DNA from: Felis catus
Lineage: Eukaryota
NCBI RefSeq assembly: GCF_018350175.1
Contig: NC_058368.1
Span: 59,956,001 to 60,020,000, forward strand
Length of the DNA stretch: 64,000 nt
Reading direction: 5' to 3'
Below, in pieces: positions 12,332-25,077 of this stretch. A program made the translations under genes and the position numbers. Position 1 is the first letter of the stretch, and every line of letters begins with the position of its first letter. Under the pieces are notes generated by a model, which was given only the letters and a program-made list of their open reading frames with translations, was not told where the DNA came from and ran no database searches.

Positions 12332-14224
12332 TTAGAAATAAATAATTATTAAAATATTTGGTTTGTCCCTTGACTAGAGAACTTAGAGCAACAACTCTCA
12401 GTTAAGTGTGATACACTTGACAAAAATAAATAAATAAATAAATAAGTAAAATAAAACAATGGCAGGAAGAAAAGGGCACAGTACCCATATGCAACAAAGA
12501 TGAATTGCAGTGCACCCAAAATGAATAGTACATGTTTTTAAAATTATAATTAATAAATTTATAGCATGACATAATGTAACTAACCCAATGATGCGGTATG
12601 TCTAATTCACTCTTCTGAATTTACGGTTGGCAAACAAGTCATCGGAAATGACCTCTTCTACAAAACATCATGAAATGTATGAACTGACCTCATCAAATTC
12701 ATTAGTCATATCCAATATTGCTACCCCTTGGTAAAGAAATATGCCTTAATGTTACTGTTAAATTAGCTAATCCACTTTTGTTGTTATTATCAATTTGTGT
12801 TTACTGACGACATGAAGGAAAAGATTGGGCAATTTTAGATCAGAGATCTCACTTTAAACATATTTTATTTCAACTAGAATTGAAAATAATAAAGCTTAAA
12901 AACAGTACAGATTCTGGCAAATCTTGTAATAATTTTTCTGAAAAGCAGGGGACATGACTCTATTTATCAAGATCACTATGGAGCTTTTCCAACATCAGTA
13001 CACAGTGTGTATTTGTTTACTTGGTTTGCCAGCATATGGCCAAATAGGCATGTGTATGTTGCTCCATCCACTCTTAAGAAATCTTATTAAAGTGAAAATA
13101 AAGTGATGCAAAAGAGAATAAACCCCCGAAAGCTGAGATGAAGAGATTCCAGAGGATGAAATATATTAACTGTTTTTTAAATGCATAAAGCTGTTAGAAG
13201 TGAGTTTACAAATGAAACTGAGAAAAGAAAGCAAGCATCTTTTCAAAATAGATTCACTATCAGACTGCTGTCAAAATGGAAGTCAGTTCTCCAGGCAGAA
13301 TCCTGGAGATTTTCCAAACATGGTATAAGCTTGGAAAGGGTCAATACTGGGGCTAAAAACAGGCTCCAGAATTAAAGCTCTAGCCATGAAATCACTGTGG
13401 TAGTCAGTTCTTGAACTCTTCTACTTTTCTCCAATGCAGACCGTATCAGAAAGGTTAAGCCAGGTTAAAACCTGAGAACTAATTGGAACCCCAAAGCAGA
13501 AATGATTCAATTGCTACTTTTAGTCAGAGGAATGGATGTGGGAGTATTAGGGTAGGGAACTGTTGTTTTTCATCTTAGCTCCTCTATACCATATGATTTT
13601 TATAAATTCTATCTAGTTGGCAGTCATTAAAAATATTAATAGCAATGTAGACTTTTAATTGTCACCTACCAGTTGTTTCTTTGGATAATTGTGTGGATTC
13701 CAATCCAACATATTATCAAAAACTGTAATAAACAGATGGTGGTTTTTGAACATGTTGAAGAAAGTTTAGCATTAAGAAAGTAATTTAAGTTGGCAAATAT
13801 GTAACATTGACTATTATGACAAATATGGATTTTATAAACAAGCATTGGTGTAAAAATCAGAGTTAACTAATGAAAATTGATGTTATTTTTAAATAAATTC
13901 TATGGAAGTAACTTGTTCCAATCAGATTATAGCAATGTAGCTCCAGTAATTCTTCACCAGGACAAAGAAAATCAAATACAAGAATATAACAAGAACAACT
14001 ATTTTCTGGTTTTAGAAAAGGTTCATGTGCAATCAAAAGATTATTGTTGTATTGATCATTTATTATACAGGCTATATTGGAAGTAAATATCACTTTTGGG
14101 TTTTTAGTAACTGAATGAGTTAGCAAATTAACAAAATTTATAGGTGCTTCCATAAAATATCGGTTTTTCCCACAAATTATTTCCTAAAGAAGTTGTATCA
14201 GTAGTCCAGGTTTGAGAAATATCT

Positions 14225-14690
14225 ACATGTCTCATTTTGCTGTGTAAACAAATCTCCTGAAAATATAGTGGCATTAAACAGTAACAACAAAATCTTTATT
14301 ATTTCCCATAATGCATTGATTTGGCTGGGAGGTTCTTTTTGTCTGCTCCAGCATGGGTAGAGGTGGGTGGTCTGGAATGGCCTCAATTACGTATGTGGAA
14401 ATCAGCTGAGTTGACTGGAATCTGGGCTATTCCTGGAAGTTTTGGGTTGGCCAGTTCCACTCTAAATGCATTCCCATCCTCCAAGAGGCTACCTCTTTTA
14501 TTTACATGTTTGCAGTTAAGAAGCAGGCAAATCGCAATGTACAAACATTTCAAGTTTCTGCTTATGTCATAATTGCTATTGATTCAGTACAAATTACATG
14601 ACCAAGACAAGACTTACTGTGGAAGATAATTACCCAAGGCAATGAATACAGGAAGGAGAGTGACCATAGCCTTTTGTCAATCTACTACAC
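14225..14690 (-). mobile_element. Old MLT1-type LTR
   Basis: ttgctgtgtaaacaaatctcctgaaaatatagtggc...aaattacatgaccaagacaagac...ttgtcaatctactaca; recalled similarity only. Confidence 0.55.
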
Positions 14691-14964
14691 CAACAGAAGG
14701 AGAAAAGGAATCTGTCTTGCTTTCATATCTTCCAGAATGCCAGCTTCTCCAGATATAAATATTCTACAAAAGCAATTTGGTGAAGTTTCCCAGAATGAGA
14801 GTATTCAAGTAGATGTAAGGGCTCTATTTCCTATACAGCATATTCCTTTCCTGTATCCTATAAAATGAAGTCATCTATATATGCAAAGCTGTACCAGATT
14901 CTATTTTTGGTCAAAAACTATAAAGAGACAATTGAAGAAACCAATACTAGGAATTTATCTGTCT

Positions 14965-15402
14965 ATTTTTTAAAGTTTATTTATTAATTTTGAAAGAGAG
15001 AGAATGAGCTGGGGAGGGACAGACAGAGAAAGAGAGAGAGTCCCAAGCAGGCTCAGCGCTCCGTGTTGAGCCCGACTTGGAGAGAGACTGGGATAGGGGT
15101 GTGGGGCTCGATCTCACAATGGTGAGATCATGACCTGAGCCAAAATCAAGAGTCTGGGTTACTAGCCATCCCTGTCTTTTCTTTTTTTTTTTTTTTGTTT
15201 GTTTGTTTGTCTAAGAGAGAGAGAATGTGTGTGAGTGTGCTAGCAGAGATGGGGCAGAGATAGAGAGGGAGAAAGAGAATCCCAAGCAGGCTCCATGCTT
15301 AGCATGGAGCCCAACATGGGGCTCGATCCCATGGCCCTGAGATCACAACTTGAGCCAACATCAAGACTTGGACACTCAAATGACTGACCCACCCAGGGGC
15401 CC
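14965..15402 (-). mobile_element. Two tandem CanSINEs (~14965-15170 and ~15180-15402)
   Basis: Two T tails, two (GA)-rich blocks and two cccaagcaggctc cores. Confidence 0.85.
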
Positions 15403-16974
15403 GATATGTCTTTTTAAGTCAACACATGTTTGCAGAATAAAATGAAAAAAAATATGTAAACAAATAAAGAACCAATAAATGGAGAAAGATTATATAGGCA
15501 TTTGTGTGTTGTGAAAATAGTTTAAAAACAGCCACACAACTACCAAATACCTATCGATATATTAGTTGTAGTTCAAGGTAGCATTAAAGCTACAAAAAGG
15601 ACAAAATATGATGAAGTGAACAGTAATTGTGTTCTTTAAAATGTTCAAATACAAATTTAAAAGTTTAATTATTTCAACTGCCAAAGCAAACCGAGACTTA
15701 TTCCTGGAATCAGCTTGAAAGCCTCCTGTGCGATTTCTGTTCTATTAATGTTCATTGTCTGATCATATACTGATATATATAAATATACTATTAAATTTAT
15801 AATTATAACTTACATACATATTCAACTGTTTCACAGATCTGAATAATTGAAAGAATTCACAGTACTCCACAGATTTTGCTTAAATAAGGTTTTAGTTTTA
15901 ATGTAGAGAAAGGATATGGTATAAGAAGGAAAGAAAACACAGGCAAGAACAGGGACTTTGAGCCGTGTTCTTGGTTATACAGGATGTGTTTCACATGTGT
16001 ATTGTAAATCACCAAGATATGTGCAAGGAATCCTGGTTTTTGGAGAGCCTGATCAGAGGTTCCCGGAGAATTTTTACACCCTACTGAGGCATATAGGCAA
16101 ACCAAGATATGTAACTGGTTAAATCAGGGATAAGCCACCCTGTAAACCTGTCTAAACAATATAAATAGCTGGCACTGGGTGCCTTTGGGGATGAGCTTTA
16201 AACATTAAATAGCATATTATAAATTACTAATATCCCGTATTACCCTCAAACTAGCCAAGAGTTAGTACTATCCTTCTAAATGTTCCCAAAGTTCAGCAGA
16301 GATGTGTGCCTGTCCAGGCATATGACCTTATCTTATATAATGTATGTTGGTAACCCTATGCTACTTACAGGTTTGTTTTCTAAATAGTTTTACAAGTTTG
16401 CATTTTACTTTTACAAATGTATAAAAATACTTATCCTGATTTGACTGAGAAAAGATTATTATTTTAAGCATATTTATGAACAAGAAAGAACTCAGGCATT
16501 AGTTGAAATTGTAAACAATAAAAATTCTTGTAAATGTTCTCAATGTCTCTCTAGGGGAGCATCAAATTATTAGAAATAATTCATCTTAATATGATGTAGC
16601 CATGACAAATGACGAAGACGCTGATAGATATGCATAACAGATAAATAGAAAAAGATATGCAAATAACTTACATGAATTAGACATAACAAATATGTGTGGT
16701 GATATATGTATTTTGTGATATTTTTGAAAAATAATGTTATATGTGCATTTGCATGCACTTATGCATATAAGATTATAGGCATTATATATTTGTATACACA
16801 TAAAAATGTCAAAACATTTTTAAATGTTTTGAAAAGATAACACAACAAACTATATTCTGTGGTTATATTTGAGATAGGGAGTAGTTTGAAGTGAGTGGGT
16901 GAATGCAAAGTCCAATGCATATTCTATACGCTTTTCATCCTGTATAAATCTGTATGATTTGTACAATATGCACT

Positions 16975-17206
16975 TTATTTTTTTAATATTCATTTATTTT
17001 TGAGAGAAAAAGAGACAGAGCGTAAGCAGGGGAGGGGCAGAGAGAGAGAGAGAGACACAGAATCCCAAGCAGGCTGCAGGCTCTGAGCTGTCAGCAGAGC
17101 CAGATGTAGGGCTCAACTCATGAACCAGGAGATCATGACCGGAGCCAAAGTCAGTCACTTATCCGACTGAGCCACCCAGGCGCCCCTGTACTGTGTGTTT
17201 TAAATT
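16975..17206 (-). mobile_element. CanSINE
   Basis: ...gagccacccaggcgcccc head, (GA)n, T tail. Confidence 0.93.
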
Positions 17207-17640
17207 ATTTGGATGTGTTATATGTGAATGTAATTATATGTGGCTCATTTGGTGATAAAGGAGTTCAATATAAGCCAAGTGTTTTTTGTTTTGTTTTGTT
17301 TTTTTGTAGTTTTGATCCAAATGCATGAACAAGAAATGAATGGACTTTTCAGGTACAATAAAAAGTAAGGGAAAATTTGGACTTTATCTCAATTTTGTAC
17401 TCTTTGGGTCTTTAAATGACTGGATGAAGTTTTCTTGCCCATTTAAAATAATCCTGACGAGCTACAGGATTGATTTTGCTAGGAGGACATGACAGCTGCT
17501 TCAGAGAACCTGCCTGAAGGAAGGCACACGGAAATTAAGCAGACAAAATCGCCTGCTGATGTATTTTGTCTGACAGGTAATCCATGTTTACACAAAATGT
17601 AAACTAGTTTAACCAACTGGCCAGTTATATTCTGATTTTT

Positions 17641-17853
17641 TTTAACTTTTTTTTAACATTTATTTATTTTTGATAGAGAGAGACAGAGCACAAGTCGTGG
17701 AGGGGCAGAGGAGAGGGAGACACAGAATCCGAAGCAGGCTCCAGGCTCCGAGCTGTCAGCACAGAGCTGATGCAGGGCTCAAACTCACAAAACTCGAGAT
17801 CATGACCTGAGCTGAAGTCGGACGCTCAACCGACTGAGCCACCCAGGCGCCCC
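17641..17853 (-). mobile_element. CanSINE
   Basis: TSD agttatattctgattttt at 17623-17640 and 17854-17871. Confidence 0.95.
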
Positions 17854-17883
17854 AGTTATATTCTGATTTTTAAAAACTATTCT

Positions 17884-18047
17884 GGGGTTCCTGGGTGGCT
17901 CAGTCAGTTGAGCATCCAACTTGTCTCATATTGTGATCTTGTGGTTCCTGGGTTTGAGCCCAGCATAGGGCTCTGTGCTGACAGCTTGGAGCCTGCTTTG
18001 ATTTCTATGTCTCCCTCACTCTCTGCCCCTCTCCCACTTGCACTCTG

Positions 18048-18084
<37 letters not shown>

Positions 18085-18102
18085 AATAAACATTTTTAAA
18101 AA
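17884..18102 (+). mobile_element. CanSINE
   Basis: TSD tttaaaaact(a/c)ttct; (CT)n. Confidence 0.93.
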
Positions 18103-19043
18103 TTTTAAAAACTCTTCTAACTGAGGAATTTCTGTGTTCAATTGTCTAATTACTACATTTTCAAGACAAAATTTGAAATGAGTAATGTGTTTGTTCATGT
18201 AATAAGTGGTCAATTTTCAAATTACTTTGAGTTTCTGTGCAAGAGATTAATAGTTTCTCTGATGAAATATTAACAATGCATACAACTTATAGAAGTTTTA
18301 AGATATTGCAGATATACATAAGAGCTTTACACTCTTTTTCATTCAACACTTTTACAATCCTGTGAGGTCACTGATATTATAGTCTATCTTGTATATGAAG
18401 ATATGAATCTTAAGGAAGTTAAATAACTTGCTTTAAAACACACAGCCCATAAGTTGAAACCAGTTGTACCTATTTCCTTGTATTTGAAACCAGTTCTACC
18501 TATTTCCTGGGTCTCAACTCTTAGATACTGTAAAAAGGTAGACATATTTATGTTTCAAAATACTGAAAAAAAATCCTAAATATCGAAATTTCTTTTAAAG
18601 ACGGTCGCTAATCATTCAAAAGTTCTTACAATATTCCTTGACTTATGAAACCAATTAAAAGAGGAAGCTGCACTATGTTACCAAATATTAGGGCCGTTTC
18701 CTGGCCCCAATTTAATCCATTTTATCCAATTTAATGTATGGATTTAAATATAGGCAATATGAGTGTATTTATCTTCAAATAAAGAAAACATTTCATTCTT
18801 ATTATAACTGGGTTATTATTTCTTTTGGAGATTTATCCAGATCATTGCGTGTATCAATAGTTATCTCTCCTTTACTGCTGAGTAGTATTTCATGGTATGA
18901 GTATATCATAATTTATTGGTTTAAGGTTAAATTCATCCAAGGAAAGATAGCTTGGTTGTTTCCATTAAAAAACAATAGCTTTTACATACTTTAACTATAA
19001 CAAATAAGCTTTAATTTCTCTGGGATAAATGTCTAAGAGTGTA

Positions 19044-19266
19044 GGGGCGCCTGGGTGGCGCAGTCGGTTAAGCGTCCGACTTCAGCCAGGTCACGATCTT
19101 GCGGTCCGTGAATTCGAGCCCCGCGTCAGGCTCTGGGCTGATGGCTCAGAGCCTGGAGCCTGTTTCCGATTCTGTGTCTCCCTCTCTCTCTGCCCCTCCC
19201 CCGTTCATGCTCTGTCTCTCTCTGTCCCAAAATAAATATAAAAAACGTTGAAAAAAAATTAAAAAA
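19044..19266 (+). mobile_element. CanSINE, young subfamily
   Basis: Perfect 17-bp TSD aaatgtctaagagtgta at 19027-19043 and 19267-19283. Confidence 0.97.
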
Positions 19267-19769
19267 AAATGTCTAAGAGTGTAATTGCTGGGGTCATTTG
19301 GTTGTTACATGATTAGTTTTTTGTTGCTTTTTTAAAGTAACTGCCTAATTGTCTTGTATTGTGACTGTGATGTTTTATACTCCCACCAGCAATATATGAA
19401 TGTTCTAGTTTCCCCACGTCCTTGCCAGCATTTGGTGTTGTCATTATTATTTTTTTTTTTTAGCCATTCTAGTAGGTGTGTAGTCATATCTCATCATAGT
19501 TTTAATTTATATTCCTTTGTGGACAAAAATGTCAAATATGTTTTCATTTTTTATCTGTATATATTTTCAAGGGAAATATTTTTTCATGCCTTTTGCCTAT
19601 ATTCTAAATAATCATTTGCTTTTATACTAAGTTTTGAAAGTTCTTTATACATTCAGGAGACTTGTGCTTCAAATACGTGGCTTGCAAATAATTTCTCTCA
19701 CTCTATTTTTTTCAGCCTCTTAATAGGAACTTTCAAAAAGATTTTGCATTTTGATGAAGTCCATTTTAT

Positions 19770-19940
19770 AACTTGATTCCAGTTCACATCACGATCTCAT
19801 GGTTGGTGAGATCAAGCCCCAAGCTGGGTTCTGCATTGGCGTGGGACCCTGCTTGGGATTCTCCCTCTCCATTTCTCCCTCCCCCCCCCCCCACTCAAAC
19901 TCAAGCTCTCACATGCACTCTTTCTCTCCCCCCTCCAAAA

Positions 19941-19980
<40 letters not shown>
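19770..19980 (+). mobile_element. 5'-truncated CanSINE with (TAAA)n tail
   Basis: cacgatctcatggttggtgagatcaagcccc core. Confidence 0.85.
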
Positions 19981-21171
19981 CGACCAAGGCATATATCTCT
20001 GAACTCTCTTTTTTGCCCCATTGCTTTAATATGCCTGTCTTTCAAGCAATCACACATTTCTACTGAATAAGGAAAATCTTGAAATTGGGTATATTTGACT
20101 CCTTGCAATCATTTTCCTTTTTCAAAAAAATTATTTTTCCTACTCTAGTTGTTTTCTTGTTCCATCTACATTTTAAAGTAAGTTTCTCTATATCTACAAA
20201 AAACCCTGCTGGGGTTTGATTAGGAATAGCACTGAACCTATGTACCCTTTTGGGCAGAATTGCCATCTACAATGTATTGAACCTTCCAATCTGTGAATAC
20301 AGAATAACTCTCTATTTATTTAGATCCTCTTTGGTGTATTTTGGCATGTAGGTCTATACAATGTTTGTTATATTTGTATGTATTTCATATTTCAGAGCTA
20401 TTATAAGTGGTATTAAGTTCCCAAAGTCAGCATCCACGTGTTCACTACTAATATAGAAATTTATTTCTGTATGTTTATCTTGCATTTTGTCACTTTCTGA
20501 ACTCACAGGTTGGATCTCAAAGCTTTCACTTGTTTGTTTGGCTTGATATGTTTGTCTTGAGATTCCTTGTACCTTTCTGTGTAGACATGATGTCATCTGT
20601 GAAATCGACTTTTATTTTTTTTTCCAGTCTGAATATTTTTTATCAATTTTTCTTGATTTACTGCACTGGATAAATTTCCATCACTATGTTGAATAGGAGG
20701 GGTGAGAGTGGACATCCTTACCTTGTTCCTGATCTTAGTAGAAAAGCAGTTAGTCATTCACCGCACAGTATAATGCTAGAGATAGATTTTTTTGTAGATA
20801 ATTTTTTCAAGTTGAGGAATTTCTCCTCTATTCTTAGTTCTCTGGGAATTTTAACATGAGTGAGTGCTAAATTTTGTTAAGTGCTACATCAGTTGATATG
20901 ATGATGGGATTGTGTTCTTTACCTCATTAATATGGCAGATTCCAGTTATTACTTGTTTTGCACCCGTGTTTTCACTTATGGTATTGCACACATCACAGTG
21001 TGGTAAACACACTAATTCACTGAAACATACCTACCTCATACAACAATATTCTAGCACTGTAGAAACATTTTTTATATATGTCCTTTACTAAATATATTAT
21101 TGTATCATAGAGTGATGAACACATTCTTTCACTAAAATAACACTGTTTATTCACATATTCAAATACAATTC

Positions 21172-21772
21172 ATTTTTAACAGCTTTACTGAGATGTAATT
21201 GATACAAAAATTGCAATATTTAAAGTATACAATTTCATAAGTTTATATATATATACACACACACACACACACCCATGAAACCAGCCACACAATGGAGGTA
21301 ATAAACATATCCATCACATACAAAAGCTTCCTCCTGCCTCTTTGGTATATTTTTCTTTTTCAGTTGTGGTGAAAACACTTAACATGAGCTACACTACTTA
21401 TTTTTTTTCTCTTAATGCACAATAAAGTGATGTTAAATATGGGCACAATGTGGTACAGAATATCTTTAGATTATTATTCATCTTGCACAGCTTAAACTTT
21501 ATGCATGTTGGATAGCAACTCCCATTTATCCCTACCCCCAGCTCCTGACAACTGTATTTGCCTCTCTGCTTCTATGATTTTGACTATTTCAGATTTGTCA
21601 GATAAGTGGAACCATATAGTATTTGTTCTTCTGTGACTGGCTTATTTAACTTAGCATAATATCCTCCAGGTTTGTCTATGTTGTCACATTGTAGCAGGAT
21701 CTTTTTAAACACTGAATGGTATTCATGTTTGTAGATACCACATTTTCTTTATTTAGTCATCTTTCAAGAGAT
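21172..21772 (-). mobile_element. Old L1 3' end
   Basis: Typical L1M 3' terminus (agctttactgagatgtaattgatac...) and ...gactggcttatttaacttagcataatatcctccagg. Confidence 0.8.
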
Positions 21773-21779
21773 ATAAAAA

Positions 21780-23166
21780 ATATATAAAAATGGGACTATA
21801 ACAAAATAAAATATTCTGTACAACAAAGAAAATAATCATCAGAATAAAAAAAACACTCTATGGAATGGGAAAAATATGTACAAACCATGGATCTAATAAA
21901 GGATTGTTATCCAAAATATATAAGGAACTACAACTCAGTAGCAAAAAATTCAAATAACCCAATAAAAATGGGCAAAGGCTTTGAATAGACATTTCTTTAA
22001 AGAAGACATACATATGGCCAACATATATAAGAAGATGCTTAACATCATTAGTCACCAGGGAAATGCAAATCAAAGCTGCAACACCGGGGCGCCTGGGTGG
22101 CTCAGTTGGTTAAGCTTCCAACTTTGGCTCAGGTCATGATCTTGCGGTAAAAGAGTTCCAGCCCCACGTTGGGCTCTGTGCTGACAGCTTAGAGCCTGGA
22201 GCTTGCTTTGGATTCTGTGTCTCCCTCTCTTTCTGCCCCTCCCCCACTCACACTCTGTCTCTCTGTCAAAAATAAATAAAACATTAAAACGATTAAAAAA
22301 AAACTACAATGAGATATCACCTCACACCAGTTAGGATGGCTCTTATCAAAGAAAAAAAAGAAATTTTAGCCAGAATGTGGAGAGATTGAAAATACTGTCA
22401 CTGGGGATGTAAAATAGTGCAACCAGTATTAAAACAAAACAAAACAAAAACACAAAAAAACAGTAGGGAGTTTCCTCAAAACATTAAGAAGAGAGCTATC
22501 ATATGGTCCAGCAATTCCACTTCTAGGTATTTATCCAAAGGAAACAAAAACACTAACCTGGAAAGATACAGACAACTTCATGTTCATTGCAGCATTATCT
22601 ATAATAGCCAAAATATGGCAGGAGACTATGTGTTCGTCGATGGATGAATGTATAAAAGAAATATGGTATATATACACACTGAAATATTTAGCCATAAAAA
22701 TGAATGAAATATTTCCTTTTGTGACAACATAGATGAACCTTGAGTGCATTATGCTAAGTGAAAGAAATCAGACAGAGAAAGACCTATATCTTACATGTGG
22801 CATCGGCAAACAATAACAACAACAACAAGCTTATAGACACAGGAAACAGGTTAGTGGTATCCAGAGGCAGCAGTGGGTGAGGGTAGAGAGTTGGTAAAAT
22901 GGGTGAAGAAGGCAAAGAAATACAAACTTCCAGTTATAAAATAAATAAGTCATGGGGATGTAATGTACATCATGATGACTACAGTTAATAATACTATATT
23001 GTACATTTGAAAATTACTAAAAGAGTAAATCTTAAAAGTTCTCATCATGAGAAAAAAATCGTAACTGTGGTGATGAGTGTTAACTAGACTTATTGTGGTG
23101 AACATCTCATAATATGTATCAATGCCTGAAACTAGTATAATGTCATATGTCAATTATACTAAAAAA
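21780..23166 (+). mobile_element. L1 3' fragment (ORF2 C-terminus and 3' UTR) with a SINE inserted
   Basis: Plus-strand ORF2-like sequence (gggaaatgcaaatcaaa, gagatatcacctcacacc) ending ...gtcaattatactaaaaa. Confidence 0.85.
22086..22302 (+). mobile_element. CanSINE inside L1
   Basis: ggggcgcctgggtggctcag head and A tail. Confidence 0.93.
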
Positions 23167-23269
23167 TTATTATTTTCAATGCTATGTTTTACCCTTTGGA
23201 TATATGTACCCTTTGGATTATCTGCTTAGGTCTTATTTGGAATACGAAGTGGGCAATTTTTTTTTGGAG

Positions 23270-23396
23270 GGGGCCCTAGGTGGCTCAATTGGTTAAGCAT
23301 CCGACCCCTGGTTTTGGCTCAGGTCATGATCCCACGGTTTGTGACTTTGAGCCCCAAGTAGGGATCTGTGCTGACATCTCAAAGCTTGCTTAGGAT

Positions 23397-23439
<43 letters not shown>

Positions 23440-23493
23440 GCCCCTCCCCCATTTGTTGTCTTTCTCTCTCAAAAATAAATAAACGTTAAAAAA
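23270..23493 (+). mobile_element. CanSINE
   Basis: Head, (CT)n; flanked by tgggcaattttt repeats. Confidence 0.9.
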
Positions 23494-24070
23494 ATGGGCA
23501 ATTTTTGGAAGAATTTTCTATTTTTGATTAAGGTGGCTCTGTTATAGTCATGAACATTTATATTAATTGTTTATAATTACCTCTATCATGTATATTAATA
23601 AAACAAAGAATCTTCTATACTTTATTAATAAAAAGAGATCCTGTGGCTTTCTGGGAATTTATTTCATAGTAGAGTATTTACAGAAACTGGATTATCGACA
23701 TCATCTTGTACCTGCCATTCAGGAGGTTAAAAACTTATATATTTGTCTCTAATGTTGTTTTATTAGGTGGTGGTGAGCTCATTGCTTCGTGTATAGTAGA
23801 GATAAAAACAATAGGAAATCAAGGCAGCTTGGGTGTTCTATGTGGCTTCTTTCTAGCACTTGGTTGTGTAAGCACACCAGTCAATGGGCTGTCTTATTGT
23901 TTCTCTGCCTATTCTTGTCCCAGGCCCTTCATCTGGAGCTTTTCAAAAGTGAATTTCACCCTGACAAATAATGAATGAATTACTAGGACTATTTAGAGGT
24001 TTCATTATGTTACAGAAGAACTGAATTTTTTTGTTTTCATTTTATTTCCATGTTGATTCTGAGAGCTTTC

Positions 24071-24111
24071 TTTTTTTCTTTCTGAGGGAGGGGGGACTCA
24101 AGTGAGCGGGG

Positions 24112-24147
<36 letters not shown>

Positions 24148-24311
24148 CAGGGCTCACACCATGCGGGTCATGAACTCACTTGAAGCAAGGCTCGAGCTCA
24201 TTCAAAGCAAGTTTCATGCTCACCCAAACTGGGACTCGAACTCATGAAGAGTGAGATCATGACCTGAGCCGAAGTCAGATGTTCAATGACTGAACCACCC
24301 AGGCGCCCAGA
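24071..24311 (-). mobile_element. CanSINE variant with internal ~21-bp tandem repeats
   Basis: TSD tctgagagctttc at 24058-24070 and 24312-24324; repeated ggctcga(a/g)ctca-like units at ~24146-24248. Confidence 0.88.
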
Positions 24312-24866
24312 TCTGAGAGCTTTCACTTGGTATAGGTTGGGGCATCTATCTTCTCTCTACTATGCCTCTTTTTAGAAACAATTTGAAGTAAAGTCTCATC
24401 ATTTGGGGATCTCAGTCTGTAGTAAGTAAAGCCTGAATGTGAACGCTGCATTCAGTGTCTCTGTGCGGCAATCAGGTGGAGACCCACTTTTGAATCGAAA
24501 CATATTTTTCCTGATGCTAAAAAAAATTAAGATATTATTATCACAACATCTCCATTTAGTACCTTCCTTTTCTTGGCTGGTGAAATCAGAAAGCTATTCC
24601 TTCTCATCACAACAATTGGTCCCTCTCCCCTTGCATTATATCTCAGGCATTCTGCAAAGGCTCTGGATTGGGTTACACATTGTTACTTCTTTATTAAATA
24701 TTATTGTTCATTCAATTTATTTTTGCATGAAATAAACATCTACCTGAAGGTGTATATAATCACCTTAAAATATCACTTTATATTTAATTTTAAAAGTACA
24801 TAATTTATAATTTTATTACACATAAATAATGTGCAAATGCAGAAACTTTCATTCCAACTACATTAA

Positions 24867-25077
24867 GTATTTTTTTAATGTTTATTTATTTCTGAGACAG
24901 AGAGAGACAGAGCATTAGTAGGGAGGGGCAGAGAGTGAGGGAGACACAGACTCTGAAGCAGGCCCCAGGCTCTAAGCTGTCAGTACAGAGCCCGACGCGA
25001 GGCTTGAACTCACAAACCAAGATCATGACCTGAGCCAAAGTTGGTCGCTCAACCGACTGAGCCATCTAGGCGCACCA
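24867..25077 (-). mobile_element. CanSINE
   Basis: 18-bp TSD tcattccaactacattaa at 24849-24866 and 25078-25095. Confidence 0.95.

Larger units (their letters stand above)
18770..20945 (-). mobile_element. Ancient L1 (L1M-type) fragment with two SINEs inserted
   Basis: Decayed ORF2-like peptides on the minus strand (MAILPKRVHRFSAIPNQTPAGFFVDIEKL) and ggtgagagtggacatccttaccttgttcctgatctt. Confidence 0.8.

Noticed and set aside
16809..16832. 11-bp AT-rich inverted repeats (also 27979-28007; 9-bp stem at 49246-49270)
   Set aside because: Isolated short stems are expected at about this frequency in AT-rich DNA.
17483..17576. AG...GT-bounded open 94-nt segment (EDMTAASENLPEG...)
   Set aside because: Weak polypyrimidine tract and no recognisable protein similarity.
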